Part shown: positions 48,559-60,536 of the stretch, piece after piece | How the letters are laid out: every line of letters begins with the position of its first letter | Position numbering within the stretch: position 1 is the stretch's first letter | DNA from: Squalus acanthias | Lineage: Eukaryota | Direction of reading: 5' to 3' | DNA: 64,000 bases | NCBI GenBank assembly: GCA_030390025.1 | Contig: CM059431.1 | Coordinates: 134,356,001 to 134,420,000, forward strand | The notes under the pieces: model-generated | Database searches by the model: none | Told to the model about the DNA's origin: nothing | What the model saw: the letters and a program-made list of their open reading frames with translations, nothing else | Program-made: the position numbers and the translations under genes

Positions 48559-48664
48559 ATACTCTGATGCTGTCAGTAAATATGAATCTGCTATGAAAAC
48601 TGAGCCAAATGTTCTTCAGTATACTTTATATGCAAAGGAAAGAATTTGTCATTGTTTATCAAAG
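48559..48664 (+). CDS. DNAJC3: DNAJC3 coding exon (exon 8 equivalent)
   Basis: atatag| ... AAG|gtaaga; 106 nt; YSDAVSKYESAMKTEPNVLQYTLYAKERICHCLSK. Confidence 0.95.
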
Positions 48665-48869
48665 GTAAGAAGTTTTGTAATTGGGCTATTTGAGGTTTTT
48701 CTAATATGATGGCAGCATGTACTAAAGGATATTATAACTATAGTTCCAAGCATTGTTCTCAAAATTATCTTGAAAGCACAACTTTAACGTTCAGTTCTCT
48801 GTGGTGATGTAATTTAAAATTGATGTTTTTTAGGCCTAGATTTTGTAAGTTCCCTGAGTTGATGGGACA

Positions 48870-49210
48870 CTCTTGAGTCAGAAGGTAGTGGGTTAAAGCC
48901 CTCCTCCAGATAATCTGGAATTTACACTTCAGTACAGTACTGAAGGAGTGCTGCATTTTCATAGGTGCTATCCTTCAGATGAGGCATTAAACCAAGGCCG
49001 CGTCTGCCTGCTCCAATGGATTTAAGGGTTGTTAAAGGTACCATGGCATTATTCAAAGTGTGGGAAATTTTGGCTCGTGCATCAGCCAATGTTCAGCATC
49101 TGCCAACACCGCCATCATTAACTGATTATTTGTCTCTTGGCAGGACTTGTGTGCAAAATGGCTGCCATGTTTACCTGCATAATGATAAATTCACAATATG
49201 AAGTGCTTTA
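48870..49210 (+). mobile_element. Degenerate Deu-domain SINE
   Basis: gagtcagaaggtagtgggttaaagccc...cagtacagtactgaaggagtgctgca. Confidence 0.65.
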
Positions 49211-50116
49211 TTGCTAGTACACTGGAGTTTAAGCACATTTTAGAGCTATTAAGTTGTAGGAGATGGATCAGTTGCTGCTTTTCACTGAGTTGCCAATCTC
49301 TGACACATTGACAACTAGCCATGGCAGGGGGAGAAGAAATTTAAGGAGGAGTAATTTTTTAACAGCTCCTGTACCTTCTCGTGGCTAAGTCAGACTAGGA
49401 CTGGTTGAGACCTTCGGATCATTATTTCCTGCCTTCTGCCATAATTTATTTAAGGCCCAAAGAGATAAATACTGGGAGAAAATGGGATTTGTACCTTTTT
49501 TTAAGAAAAAAGTTTGTCTTGACAGCTATCCAAAAGAAAGCAGCTCAAGTCCCTGATAATAAATTGAACCCAGGTTTGAGAAAGAATATCTGTATAAACT
49601 GATGTTGCCTATTTAATCTCTGTACTATTGCATTGCTCAAATCCTGTTGATACATCCACTGTAGTAACCAAATACGGATTGTTTGCTTTTTATTTGCAAT
49701 GTAGCTGCCCTTCTAAGCATTATCACTATCTAGAATTCATTAAATATAAACTGAAGTGGACGATTGACACACCAGGCTGACATTCTTGAACACAGTTTGC
49801 CACAGGTTAATTGACTTCTGCACCTCCTCTGCCTCAAGTCATAATTTAGAATTAATAAACATTTATAATTGTGTCTTAGCCATTCATCTTTTTATCGATT
49901 GCAATTGAGTTTTGCTGAATGGATCTTGTAAAAATATTGAACACTTCCCCTCCCCCATTTGCAGGTAACGTAGATCTGATTAAAACATATTGCATCATGT
50001 ATGCAGAATAAAAAGTAATGAAAAGCTCTTTTTCCTTCCAAAGAAGATTGATAAGTAATTCATGAAGCTCGTGTTCCTTTAAATAGTACTCTATCAATAT
50101 CATCTCTCTCATTTAG

Positions 50117-50237
50117 AACCAACAAGCAAAGGAAGCCATCAAAACCTGCACGCAAGTATTGGAGCAGGATGCAAGCAATATAAATGCATTGAAAGACCGA
50201 GCAGAAGCTTATATTTTAGAGGAACAATATGAAGACG
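50117..50237 (+). CDS. DNAJC3: DNAJC3 coding exon (exon 9 equivalent)
   Basis: atttag| ... G|gtacca (weak donor); 121 nt; NQQAKEAIKTCTQVLEQDASNINALKDRAEAYILEEQYED. Confidence 0.94.
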
Positions 50238-50834
50238 GTACCATCTACTTGTTTTATGTATATGCCTATTGCGCGTTAAAAGCGAAAATCTCATTCATTC
50301 CTTTTGAACTGGTTTTCTAAACCGTAACTAAGGGAAACTTAATACACTTATATAGTTATGTATTTTGTATCTATAGCTGGGATATATACAGTTCTTGGTA
50401 TAACAGTCTTATTCTCAACTTTGTGAATGTTTATTTAGATGGGTCACTTTAGCTGCAGAGTCTAACCAGTCTAAACATCTGAAGTTTAGGTTACGTTAAG
50501 CAGTCTTACTAAAAGTTGACAGCCTAGCATCAAGCAGAGGAGACAGTGTAAGGGGCATAGTTAGAGGCAACAAAGAAAACCATCCTTTCTACCCTCTCTT
50601 CTTCCCTTTGCTTTCTTGCTGCAGTACCTCTGTTGCATCAGCCAGCTTTGATTTATAGTTAACAAGGCCTTCATCTGTAAAATCTATCACTTTTATTTTG
50701 TCACTTTCTCTCAAATTGCATACATGTGCATGAGTGATCTGGTAAGGATATATAATAGCAACCCAGTGTCATCACTAAATTTTTCTTTCTTTGAATTTTT
50801 TTGTCTTCCTCTGCAGATGTTAAGTACTTCATCA

Positions 50835-51085
50835 TAGTGGCCATTCTTCATGTGTGGGCAAGGTTACAACTGATGGGGTAATTGCAACTTAGCCCAATCC
50901 TGTCTTTTACCCAATGTCCACACGTGTGCTCAGGAGCAGGAACTGTCAATTTTTTCTTCCCTTTCCTCTGCTGCTCCCTTCATATTTGAGTGCTGAGGCC
51001 AATAGTAGCAGCCATACTGCTATCTTGATTGAGATCAGACTGGGACTCCAGCCTGGTGCTCAACTGCATTTACCAACTGAGCCAT
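50835..51085 (-). mobile_element. Old degenerate SINE-like repeat
   Basis: gtggccattcttcatgtgtg...tgctgaggccaat...gagatcag...catttaccaactgagcc; the tgaggcca segment resembles positions 1-33; family assignment is from recall. Confidence 0.45.
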
Positions 51086-51524
51086 TGTGGGGGAGCTGTG
51101 AAAACATTTAAAATAAACATTACAGGCTAGAAATGGTATTCCTGTCCTATTTTAATGGAGGTGTTAATCAATTTAAAATGGAATGTGATATGGACATGTT
51201 AAATATTTGTTCATTAATATTCCCAGTAGCAGTTTCTAATCTTCGAATTCTAGCTTTTTCACTTCCTCCAACTTGTCTGTCTGATTTAGTTGTGAGGTAT
51301 GGAGGATGATGATGAGCAGACTTTAATAAGCTAGTTCACTTTTACCCTATAGACAGCCACCCATTATAAAACATTAATTCATGAGTTTCTTTAAGTTGGC
51401 AAAATACAGACTGCATGATGCCTACTTAACGACTGAACTGAATGAGTGAGAGGCTTAATGTGCAGAGTCATGACCATGACTGACTGAAGAGTAAACTCAT
51501 AGCGTTGTCTGATGTTTTGTACAG

Positions 51525-51657
51525 CGATCAAAGACTATGAAGTTGCAAGAGAACACAGTGACAATGATCAAGGAATAAAAGAAGGGCTGGAAAGGGCACA
51601 GAAACTTCTAAAACAGTCACAGAAGAAAGATTACTACAAAATATTAGGAGTGAAAAG
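51525..51657 (+). CDS. DNAJC3: DNAJC3 coding exon (exon 10 equivalent), start of J domain
   Basis: gtacag| ... AG|gtattt; 133 nt; (A)IKDYEVAREHSDNDQGIKEGLERAQKLLKQSQKKDYYKILGVK(R). Confidence 0.96.
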
Positions 51658-52136
51658 GTATTTACTGAATCTCTGGCAAATATTACTAGTATCTAAAGAT
51701 CCTAGATCTGTGGTGAGGCAATAGAAAAACACAGAAAATCCTTTAGGTGCTTAATTTACTTGTTATAAAATATATTTTAGCTTCAATTCAACAGTCTGTT
51801 TATAATAACTATACATGGGTTTCTTCATTTGCAAATAGTAGTGAGATTACAGGATGACACTTGCATTGAACACATTTTTAAATTAAGAGATGTTACAAGG
51901 GAAGTAATGTTTGTATTTGCGATTGTAAGCATAACTAATATATAACATATATATTTAACTGTACTAAGCAAATTTTATTATCCCAGTTTTTACTTTTAAT
52001 TATATTTACAATAGGCTAAAATGTGGAGCAACAAAGTCTCTCAAATCTTTCAAAGACATACTCAATATTAATGTGTGTAGATGTTGTGCAGTTTAATCTA
52101 CTATAACCAGTTTCTTTTATACTTTTGACATTTCAG

Positions 52137-52285
52137 AAGTGCCAAAAAACGAGAGATTATAAAAGCATACAGAAAGCTAGCAATGCAGTGGCATCCTGAT
52201 AACTTCCAGGAAGAAAATGAAAAGAAGCAAGCAGAAAAAAAATTCATAGACATAGCAGCTGCTAAAGAAGTACTCACTGATCCAG
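52137..52285 (+). CDS. DNAJC3: DNAJC3 coding exon (exon 11 equivalent), J domain with HPD motif
   Basis: tttcag| ... G|gtatgg; 149 nt; SAKKREIIKAYRKLAMQWHPDNFQEENEKKQAEKKFIDIAAAKEVLTDP. Confidence 0.96.
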
Positions 52286-52499
52286 GTATGGAGTGGCCTC
52301 TTCTCCTTTTGTCTAGATATTTCAGACATCCATTGTATATTAAAATTGCTGAGTGGGTCATTGACATTCCATTTCAAAATGCATTGAAATCTTCCTTCTG
52401 GTTCTACCTATGGCAAAATCCATGTTAAAAGTGGAAACATTTATCTGCAGCATCTGCTGAGCCTGAGTGGTGCTTTATTGGGCCATTTCCATGTTAAGC

Positions 52500-53021
52500 A
52501 TATGAGGAAGGATGTTCTTGCCATGGAAGGAGTTCAGCAAAGATTCACAAGGCTGATACCTGGGATGGCAGGAATGACATATGAGGAGAGATTGGGTCGA
52601 TTGGGCTTATACTCGCTGGAGTATAGAAGAATGAGCGGGGATCTCATCGAAACATATAAAATTCTGACAGGTCTGGACAAAGTAGATGCAGGAAGAATGT
52701 TCCCGATGGTCGGAGAGTCCAGAACCAGGGGTCATAATCTAAGGATAAGGGGTAAGCCATTTAGGACTGAAATGAGGAAGAATTTCTTCACCCAGAGAGT
52801 GGTGAACCTGTGGAATTCTCTACCACAGAAGGTAGTTGAGGCCAAGTCATTAAATATATTCAAGAATGAGTTAGATATATTTCTTAAAGCTAAAGGTATC
52901 AAGGGATATGGAGAGAAGGCAGGTACAGGGTACTGAGTTTGGATGATCAGCCATGATCTCATCGAATGGCGGAGCAGGCTCGAGGGGCTGAATGGCCTAC
53001 TCCTGCTCCTATCTTCTATGT
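52500..53021 (+). mobile_element. CR1 3' end, young subfamily, near-identical to 30760-31280
   Basis: ORF 52478 is almost identical to ORF 30824 over the shared region. Confidence 0.92.
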
Positions 53022-53785
53022 TGAGAAACAAGAGCTGACTGTGTAATCTGGTAGTTGAGTCTTCATGTAGGTCTGCACCCTGGCCGCCAGATGGCCTTGC
53101 ACCAGTATTTCAGTCCCAATGGCAACTCTCAAGTATTATTTCTAAGTGAAATGTCGAGATCAAAATTTCAGCATACTATTTATGCTGGACCAGCTTCCAA
53201 TCTGCTTTTTTTACTCCTTTCCCACAAACGTTTGAAAACTGCCTCTGATGACCCTCTCATTCCTGTCCCAAGTCCTCCTGTGCCCTATTTATAAATTTGG
53301 CTTGTTGATCTTACAATTTAGTAATCCACAGGTCCACCGCTACAAAGAGCATAACATCTGGAAGCTGTTGATCTAAGAGCCTGAAAATCCCCAGCAGTTC
53401 TCTTGAATACAACCCAGGCCACAACTCGTGTCAATCAGCCTACCCCTGCCCCATCTACCTTTTGCACACATCTACTCCGGAACCTTGCTGTCTTTAATTA
53501 GGCATGTGCCTGTTTCTATGTCAAATATCCTAGTATCTGAAAAACATAACCACTCTCTATATTCTCTTCCCCCCCACCACCACATTGAGATGATATTTTG
53601 GCCCAATCTTACTGGACTCCATCCCTATCAACGAGGTAGTAGGTAGTTTCTCTGCTTTTTTGCATTCTTCTCCCTTTTCTTTCTCTTCTCCCTTTTCTTC
53701 CTCCTACCCATCCCTTTTCACGCTGGTCTGATTATATTAACTCTGCTTAAGCTAAATGTTTAGTTTTTTTGCCTCTTCCAGGAGA

Positions 53786-54500
53786 GTCGTCGTCTTAGGC
53801 AGTCCCTCGGAACCGAGGATGACTTACTTCCACATTAAAAATGAGTTTTCAGGTGACTGATGAGTCCAATACGGGACCTACAGTCTCTGTCACAGGTGGG
53901 GCAGACAGTGGTTGAAGGGGCGGGTGGGTGGGGTGCTTGGGTTGACGTGCGCTGTTTGCGCTTGGCTTCCGCTTGCTCCCGGCGAAGAGACTCGAGGTGT
54001 TCGGCGCCTTCCTGGATGCTTCTCCTCCACTTTGTGTGGTCTTGGGCCAGGGATTCCTAGCTGTCAGTGGGGATGTTGCACTTTTTCAAGGAGGCTTTGA
54101 ATGTGTCCTTGAAGCGTTTCCTCTGCCGGAGCTCCGAGTAGAGCGCTTGTTTTGGGAGTCTCGTATCGGGCATGCGGACGATGTGACCCGTCCATCGGAG
54201 CTGATCGAGCGTGGTCAAAGCTTCGATGCTGGGGATGTTGGCCTGAGCAAGAACACTGACGTTGGTGCGCCTATCCTGCCAATGGATTAGCAGGATCTTG
54301 CGGAGGCAGCGTTGGTGGCACCTCTCCAGTGCTTTGAGGTGCCTGCTGTACATGGTCCAAGTCTCTGAGGCATACAACAGGGCGGGTATCACTGCTGCTC
54401 TGTAGACCATGAGCTTAGTGCTGAGTTTGAAGTCCTGGTCTTCAAACACTCTCTTCCTCAGGCGACCGAAGGCTGCACTGGCACACTGAAGGCGGTGTCT
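53786..54500 (-). mobile_element. RTE-clade LINE 3' fragment
   Basis: ASAAFGRLRKRVF...LLYASETW...QLRWTGH. Confidence 0.9.
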
Positions 54501-54659
54501 CCTTCCAGGAGAGTACATGGCTACTGATGGTGAGGGAGCATTGATGGTCATGTTGCCTAGTTACAACAGGACAGGACAGACTCAGCTAGTCTTTTTCTAT
54601 CTGTCCTTTTCATATAACCATATTACTACACATAATCTTGACTCCCCATGTGCAACGAG

Positions 54660-55785
54660 CATAAGAATTAGGAGCAGGAGTAGGCCATACGGCTCCTCGA
54701 GCCTGCTCCGCCATTCAGTAAGATTATGGCTGCCCTTTGACCTGAACTCCACTTTCCTGTCCGATCTCCATATCCCTTGATTTCCCCATGAGTCCAAAAA
54801 ACTATCTATCTCAGCCTTGAATATACTCAATGGTTCAGCATCCACAGCCCTTTTGGGTAGAGAATTCCAAAGATTCACAGCCCTCTTGTGAAGAAATTCC
54901 TCCTCATCTCAGTCTTAAATGGCCGACCCCTTATCCTGAGCCTATGCTCCTAGTTCTAGACTCTCCAGCCAGGGGAAACAACCTCTCAGCATCTACCCTG
55001 TCCGTCCCCTTCAGAATCTTATGTTTCAATGAGATCACCTCTCATTCTTCTAAACTCCAGAGAGTATAGGCTCTATCTATCCTCATAGGACGACCCTCTC
55101 ATCCCAGGAATTAATCTAGTGAGCCTTAGTTGCACTGCCTCTAAGGCAAGTATATCCTTCCTCAGGTAAGGAGACCAAAACTGTGCACAGTACTCCAGGT
55201 GTCATCTCACCAAAACCCTGTACAATTTTAGCGAGACCTCCTTACTGTTGTACTCCAACCCACTTGCAATAAAGGCCAATATGCCATTTGCCTTCCTAAT
55301 TGCTTGCTGTACCTGCATGCTAACTTGTACTAGGACACCTAAATCTCTCTGAAGACCACCATTTAAAAAATATTCTGTTTTTTTTATTCTTCCTACCAAA
55401 GTGGATAACCTCACATTTCCCCACATTATACTCCATTTGCCACCTTGTTGCCCACTCACTCAACTTGTCTATATCCCTTTGCAGGCTCTGTGTCCTCCTC
55501 ACAGCTGACTTTCCCACCTAACTTTGTATCATCAGCAAACTTGGCTACGTTACACTAGGTCCCTTCATCTAAGTCATTAATATAGATTGTAAATAGCTGA
55601 GGCCCAAGCACTGATCCTTGCGGCACCCCACCTGCCAACCGGAAAATGACTCATTTATGTCCGTTAACCAATCCTCTATCCATTCTAATATATTACCCCC
55701 AACCCCATGAGCCCATATCTTGCGTAGCAACCTTTTATGTGACGCCTTATCAAATGCCTTTTGGAAATCCAAATATACTACGGAT
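54660..55785 (-). mobile_element. CR1 RT/3' fragment
   Basis: VVYLDFQKAFDK; CR1 tail at 54660. Confidence 0.87.
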
Positions 55786-56771
55786 GATTGACAAGACTCC
55801 AATTTAAAGCAATCCAATTTAATATTGCTATTTTGCTGACTTTGTTTGTAGTAATTCCTTTTTAAAGGGAAACTCTATGAATTAGAATGTTATGGCTAAA
55901 AGTTGATTTGCCTATTGACAGATTTTTAAATTTATGTGCAATGGAGTAATGCTGCTGTACTGAAAATTGTGCAATTTGTTCAGGGTTTTTGAAAAAACGC
56001 TTTTGGTATGGTGTAGATGAGGAAAGGGCTATACTCCGACTGTACCAGTCACATTTCTGCATAGTTTATGTAGAATGTGTTGAATGTTATAGAAAAGGTT
56101 TTGATGAAGTGGCAATTAAATGATTGTTGGTTTCTGGCTTCCATAAAAATGAAGACCTACCCTTGGAGGTACTTATTAAACCAAAGTTCACTGCAATTGA
56201 CTGGTAAGTTCTGCTACACATTCCATCTGTTAAGAGGTGATGTGGGCAGAATTCTGTTATCAGTATTTATCAACACTAATGGTGATCCTGTACACAACAT
56301 GCAGTCTGTTGGCAGTATAACATGTAATTCTCCACTTGCATGTCATCCTTCACCTATTTCAGCACTGCCATTAGTTTTTTGTTTGAGCACTCAGTTGACT
56401 ATAAAGAATTTGATAAAGCATAATGGTGGACATTGCCATTTGGCACATGAAATTTTATTTATTTTTTGTTTTTATTTCTCTTTATCTGGCCCACTGTGTA
56501 GGTTGAGAGTCAATTCACACGAATTGTGACTGAAACTGCTGCATTTATCAAGTATGTTTCATGTCCTCAGGGTGCCCTAATTTGCTTCACATCCAAAATG
56601 ACTTACTTTTGAAGTTTAGTCACTGTTAATGTAAGCAAGGATGGCAGTCCATTTACCCACTAAGGTTCCACAAACAGCAAATGAGATAAATGGTCAGCTA
56701 AGAGAAAGAAGTCTTACATTTATATAGCACCTTTCATGACCTCAGGATGCCCTAAAGTGCTTTACAGCCAA

Positions 56772-59700
56772 TCATAGAACCATAGAAATTTACAGCACAG
56801 AAGGAGGCCATTCGACCCATCGTGTCTGTGCTGGCCGAAAAAGAGTTATCCAGCTTTATCCCATTTTCCAGCTCTTGGTTCGTAGCCTTGTAGGTTTCAG
56901 CACTTCAAGTGCATATCCAAGTACTTTTTAAATGTGATGAGGGTCTCTGCCTTGCCCACCCTTTCAGGCAGTGAGTTCCAGACCCCCACCAGCCTCTGGG
57001 TGAAAAAAGTTCTCCTCAACTCCCCTCTAATCCTTCTACCAATTACTTTAAATCTATGCTCCCTGGCTGCTGACCTCTCTGCAAAGGGAAGTCGGTCCTT
57101 CCTAGCCACCCTATCTAGGCCCCTCATAATTTTATACACCTCAATCAAGTCTCCCCTCAGCCTCCCCTGTTCCAAACAACAACAACTTGTATTTATATAG
57201 CGCCTTTAATGTAGTAAAACGTCCCAAGGTGCTGCACAGGAGTATTTTAAGACAAAAAATTTGACACCGATCCACATAAGGATAAATTAGGGCAGGTGAC
57301 CAAAAGCTTGGTCAAAGAGGTAGGTTTTAAGGAGCGTATTAAAGGAGGAAAGAGAGGTAGCGAGGCGGACAGGTTTAGGCAGGGATTTCCAGAGCTTAGG
57401 GCCTAGGCAACAGAAGGCACGGCCACCAAAGGTTGAGCGATTATAATCGGGGATGCGCAAGAGGACAGAATTAGAGGAGCGCAGATATCTCTGGGTGGGG
57501 TGGGGGGCGTTGTGGGGCTGAAGGAGATTAGAGATAGCAAGGGGCAAAGAAAACAACCCCAGCCTGTTCAATCTCATAGCTAAAATTCTCCAGTCCTGGC
57601 AACATCCTTGTAAATCTCCTCTGTACCCTCTCTAGTGCAATCACATTGCTGTTTGTGGGAGCTTGCTTGTGTGCAAATTGGCTGTCGCGTTTCCTACATT
57701 ATAACAGTAACTACACTCCAAAAGTACTTCATTGGCTGTAAAGCACTTTGAGACGTCCAGTGGTCATGAAAGGCACTATATAAATCCAAGTCTATCTTTC
57801 TTTCTTAATGTGGTTAATAGAACTGTACGCAGCTCTAGCTGTGGCCTAACTAGTGTTTTATACAGTTCAAGCATGACCCCCCGCTCTTATTTTCTATGCC
57901 TCGGCTATTAAAGGAAAGTATCCCGTTTGCCTCCTTAACCACCTTATCTACCTGTCCTACTTTCAGGGATCTGTGGACATGCACTCCAAGGTTCCTGTTC
58001 CTCTACACTTCTCGGCATCCTACCATTTATTGGGTATTCCCTTGCCATGTTAGCCCTCCCCAAATGCATTACCTCACACTCCTCCGGATTGAATTCCATT
58101 TGCCACTTTTCTGCCCAGCTGGCCAGTCCATTGATATCTTCCTGCAGTTTACAGCTTTCTTCCTCACTATCAACCACACGGCCAATTTTTGTATCATCTG
58201 CAAACTTCTTAATCATGCCCCCTACATTGAAGTCGAAATCATTGATGTATACCACAAAAAGTAAGGGACCTAGTACTGAGTCCTGCGGAACCCCATTGGA
58301 AACTGCCTTCCAGTCACAAAAACACCTGTCGACCATTACCCTTTGCTTCCTGTCACTGAGCCAATATAGGATCCATCTTGCCACTTTCCCTTGGACCCCA
58401 TGGGCTTTTACTTTTCTGACCAGTCTGCCATGTGGGACCTTGTCGAAGCCTTGCTAAAATCCATGTAGACTACATCAAACACACTACCCTCATCGACCCT
58501 CCTTGTTAACTCCTCAAAAAATTCAATCAAGTTAGTCAGACACGACCTTCCCTTGACAAATCCATGCTGACTGTCCTTGATTAATCCGTGCTTTCTAAAT
58601 GACGATTAATACTGTCCCTCAGAATTTTTTCCAAAATTTGCCCACCACCAAGGTTAGGCTGACTGGCCTGTAATTACTCGGTCTATCCCTTTCTCCCTTT
58701 TTAAACAATGATACAACGTTGGCAGTCCTCCGGCACCACACCTTTAGCCAGAGAGGATTGGAAGATGATGGTCAGAGCCTCTGCTATTTCCTCCCTTGCT
58801 TCTCTTAACTGCTTGGGCTACATTTCATCCGGGCCTGGCGATTTGTCTACTTTCAAAGATGCTAAACCTCTTCATACTTCCTCTCTCACTGTTTATCTCA
58901 TCTACTATTTCACACTCCTCCTCCTTAACTACAATGTCTGCATCATCCCTCTTTTGTGAAGACAGATGCAAAGTATTCATTAAGAACCATACCCACGTCT
59001 TCTGCCTCCACACACAGGTTACCTTTTTGGTCTCTAATGGGCACTACTCTTTCTTTAGTTATCTGCTTGCTCTTTATATCTTATTATAAAATAAATATCT
59101 TTGGGTTTTTCTTGATGTTACTTGCCAATATTTTTTCATGCCCTCTCTTTGCTTTCCTTATTTCCTCTTCAACTTCACCCTTGCACTTTCTATACTTCTA
59201 GCTTTCTGAAGTATTTAACTTTAGGTATCTGCCATAAGCTTGCCATTTTTGCCTTATCCTACCCTGTATGCTCCTTGACATCCAGGGGGCTCTAGATTTG
59301 GGAGTCCCACCATTTTTCTTTGTGGGAACATAGTTGCTCTGAACCCTCACTATCGGCTCCTTGAATGCATCCCACTACTCTGACACTGATTTACCTTCAA
59401 GCTAAATCATATCTCAGCTTATCAAAATTGGCCTTTCCCCAATTGAGAACTTTTACTCCTGGTTTATTTTTGTCCTTTTCCATAACTATGCTAAATCTAA
59501 CTGAATTATGATCGCTACCACCAAAATGGTCTAATTTACTGCCTTCCATCTCCAGCTTGCATTCTCTCCCTTCTGAATCTATGCTCAGGTTCCCATCCCC
59601 CTGCCAAGCTAGTTTAAACCCTCCCCAACGCCACTAACAAACCTCCCCACGAGGATATTGGTCCTGGCTCTGTTGAGGTGCAACCCGTCCGGCTTGTACA

Positions 59701-60535
59701 GATCCTAGAATCGACCTCAATATTTCAGGAATCTAAATCCCTCCCTCCTGCACCATCTCTCCAGCCGCGCATTCATCTGCTCTATCCTCTATTTCTGTAC
59801 TCACTAGTGCGTGGCACTGGGAGTAATCAGGAGATTGCTACCTTTTGAGGTCCTGCTTATTAATCCCTTTCCTAGCTTCCTAAAATCTGCCTGCAAGACC
59901 TCATCCTTCTTTCTACCTATGTCATTGCTACCAATATGGACCATGACCTCTGGCTGCTCACCCTCCCCCCTCAATGTCCTGCAGCTGCTCAGTGACATCC
60001 TTGACCCTGGCACCAGGGAGACAACATACCATCCTGGAGTCACGGCTGGGGCCGCAGAAATGCCTGTCTGTTCCTCTAACTATTGAATCTCCTATCACTA
60101 TTGCTTTTCTGACCTTCCTCCTTTCCCCCCCCCCCCCCCCAGCCCTGTACAGCTTGAGCCACCCATGGTGCCTTGGCTCTAGCTGTACTCTCCAGAGGAA
60201 CCATTGCCCTCACCAGTATTCAGAACTGAGTAGCAGTTAGAGAGCAAGATGTACTCTGGGGACTGCTGCACTACTTGCCTGGTCCTCCTTGTCTATCTGG
60301 CGGTCACCCATTCCCTCTCTGCCTGCACACTCTTAAGCTGCGGGGTGACCACCTCCTGAAACATGCTATCCATGTAGCTCTCAACCTTGTAGATGCACTG
60401 CTGTGTTGCCAGCTGCTGCTGAAGCTCTGAAACCCAGAGCTCGTGATCCTCCAGCTGATGACACTTCCTGCACATGTGGTTGTCCAGAACATGAGAAGCA
60501 TCCTGGACTTTCCACATGGCACAGGATGTGCATTT
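56772..60535 (-). mobile_element. Long CR1 (ORF1 esterase, RT, 3' UTR; most of APE deleted) with L2 (57175-57545) and SINE (57640-57805) inserts; its 5' UTR may resume at ~63610-63890
   Basis: ORF1 HMCRKCHQLE, VMVHIGSNDIG; RT GVPQDSVLGP...FADD. Confidence 0.87.
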
Positions 60536-60536
60536 G

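Noticed and set aside
56077..56529. 150-aa ORF in non-repeat intron 11 sequence
   Set aside because: Non-ATG start, no recognisable motif and no supporting exon structure; likely chance.
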